DNA of 64,000 nt from Macrostomum lignano. Lineage: Eukaryota. This document shows positions 63,802-64,000 of this stretch, piece after piece. The first letter of the stretch is position 1, and each line of letters opens with the position of its first letter. The DNA is taken from NCBI GenBank assembly GCA_002269645.1, contig NIVC01001982.1, positions 152,295 through 216,294 of the forward strand, in the 5' to 3' direction. The translations under genes and the position numbers were made by a program. The notes beneath the pieces were generated by a model. It was not told the origin of the DNA, searched no databases, and saw only the letters and a list, made by a program, of their open reading frames with translations.

Positions 63802-64000
63802 GTGAGTTCTGGTAGCCTATTTTTTGAGTTTCCATCCCAAATCCCCGATCTCCATTTTCTCTCAGTTTTAACCGGGGGGGGGGGTTGATTCTGAAGCAGG
63901 AGACTTCAAAGTACAAGCTTTTTGTTTTGCGTTAAATATTTAGCAAAATTTTTTCGGTGACTAAGCCGGAGAATCGGCCTTGGTGTCGGCTACTGCAGTA

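Overview
AT-rich, intron-containing, repeat-dense animal DNA. Gene style and the cox1 fragment suggest an invertebrate, plausibly a flatworm such as Macrostomum (inference). From left to right: (1) three tandem copies of a secreted PAN/Apple + LamG/pentraxin-like gene (3.7-9.5 kb), the middle copy a pseudogene; (2) a compact virus-like module (12.2-15.6 kb) resembling Maverick/Polinton (adintovirus) major and minor capsid genes plus two unassigned ORFs, with no polymerase, integrase, ATPase or protease visible, which is the top finding; (3) a pile of transposon debris (17-34 kb) with mariner, nested Ty3/Gypsy (one with an extra ORF), pogo DDE_1, a cox1 NUMT, a Helitron-like end and a THAP remnant; (4) host genes: an F-box/LRR gene, a complete 7-coding-exon X11/Mint/lin-10 (APBA) gene and the start of a PRKX-like kinase head-to-head with it. 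Most host introns carry their own minisatellite, and the palindrome TAGGCCTA is strongly enriched in host non-coding DNA. Single-base losses in homopolymers of the kinase suggest some frameshifts in this window are assembly errors. All family assignments are from motif recognition by eye; no searches were run.
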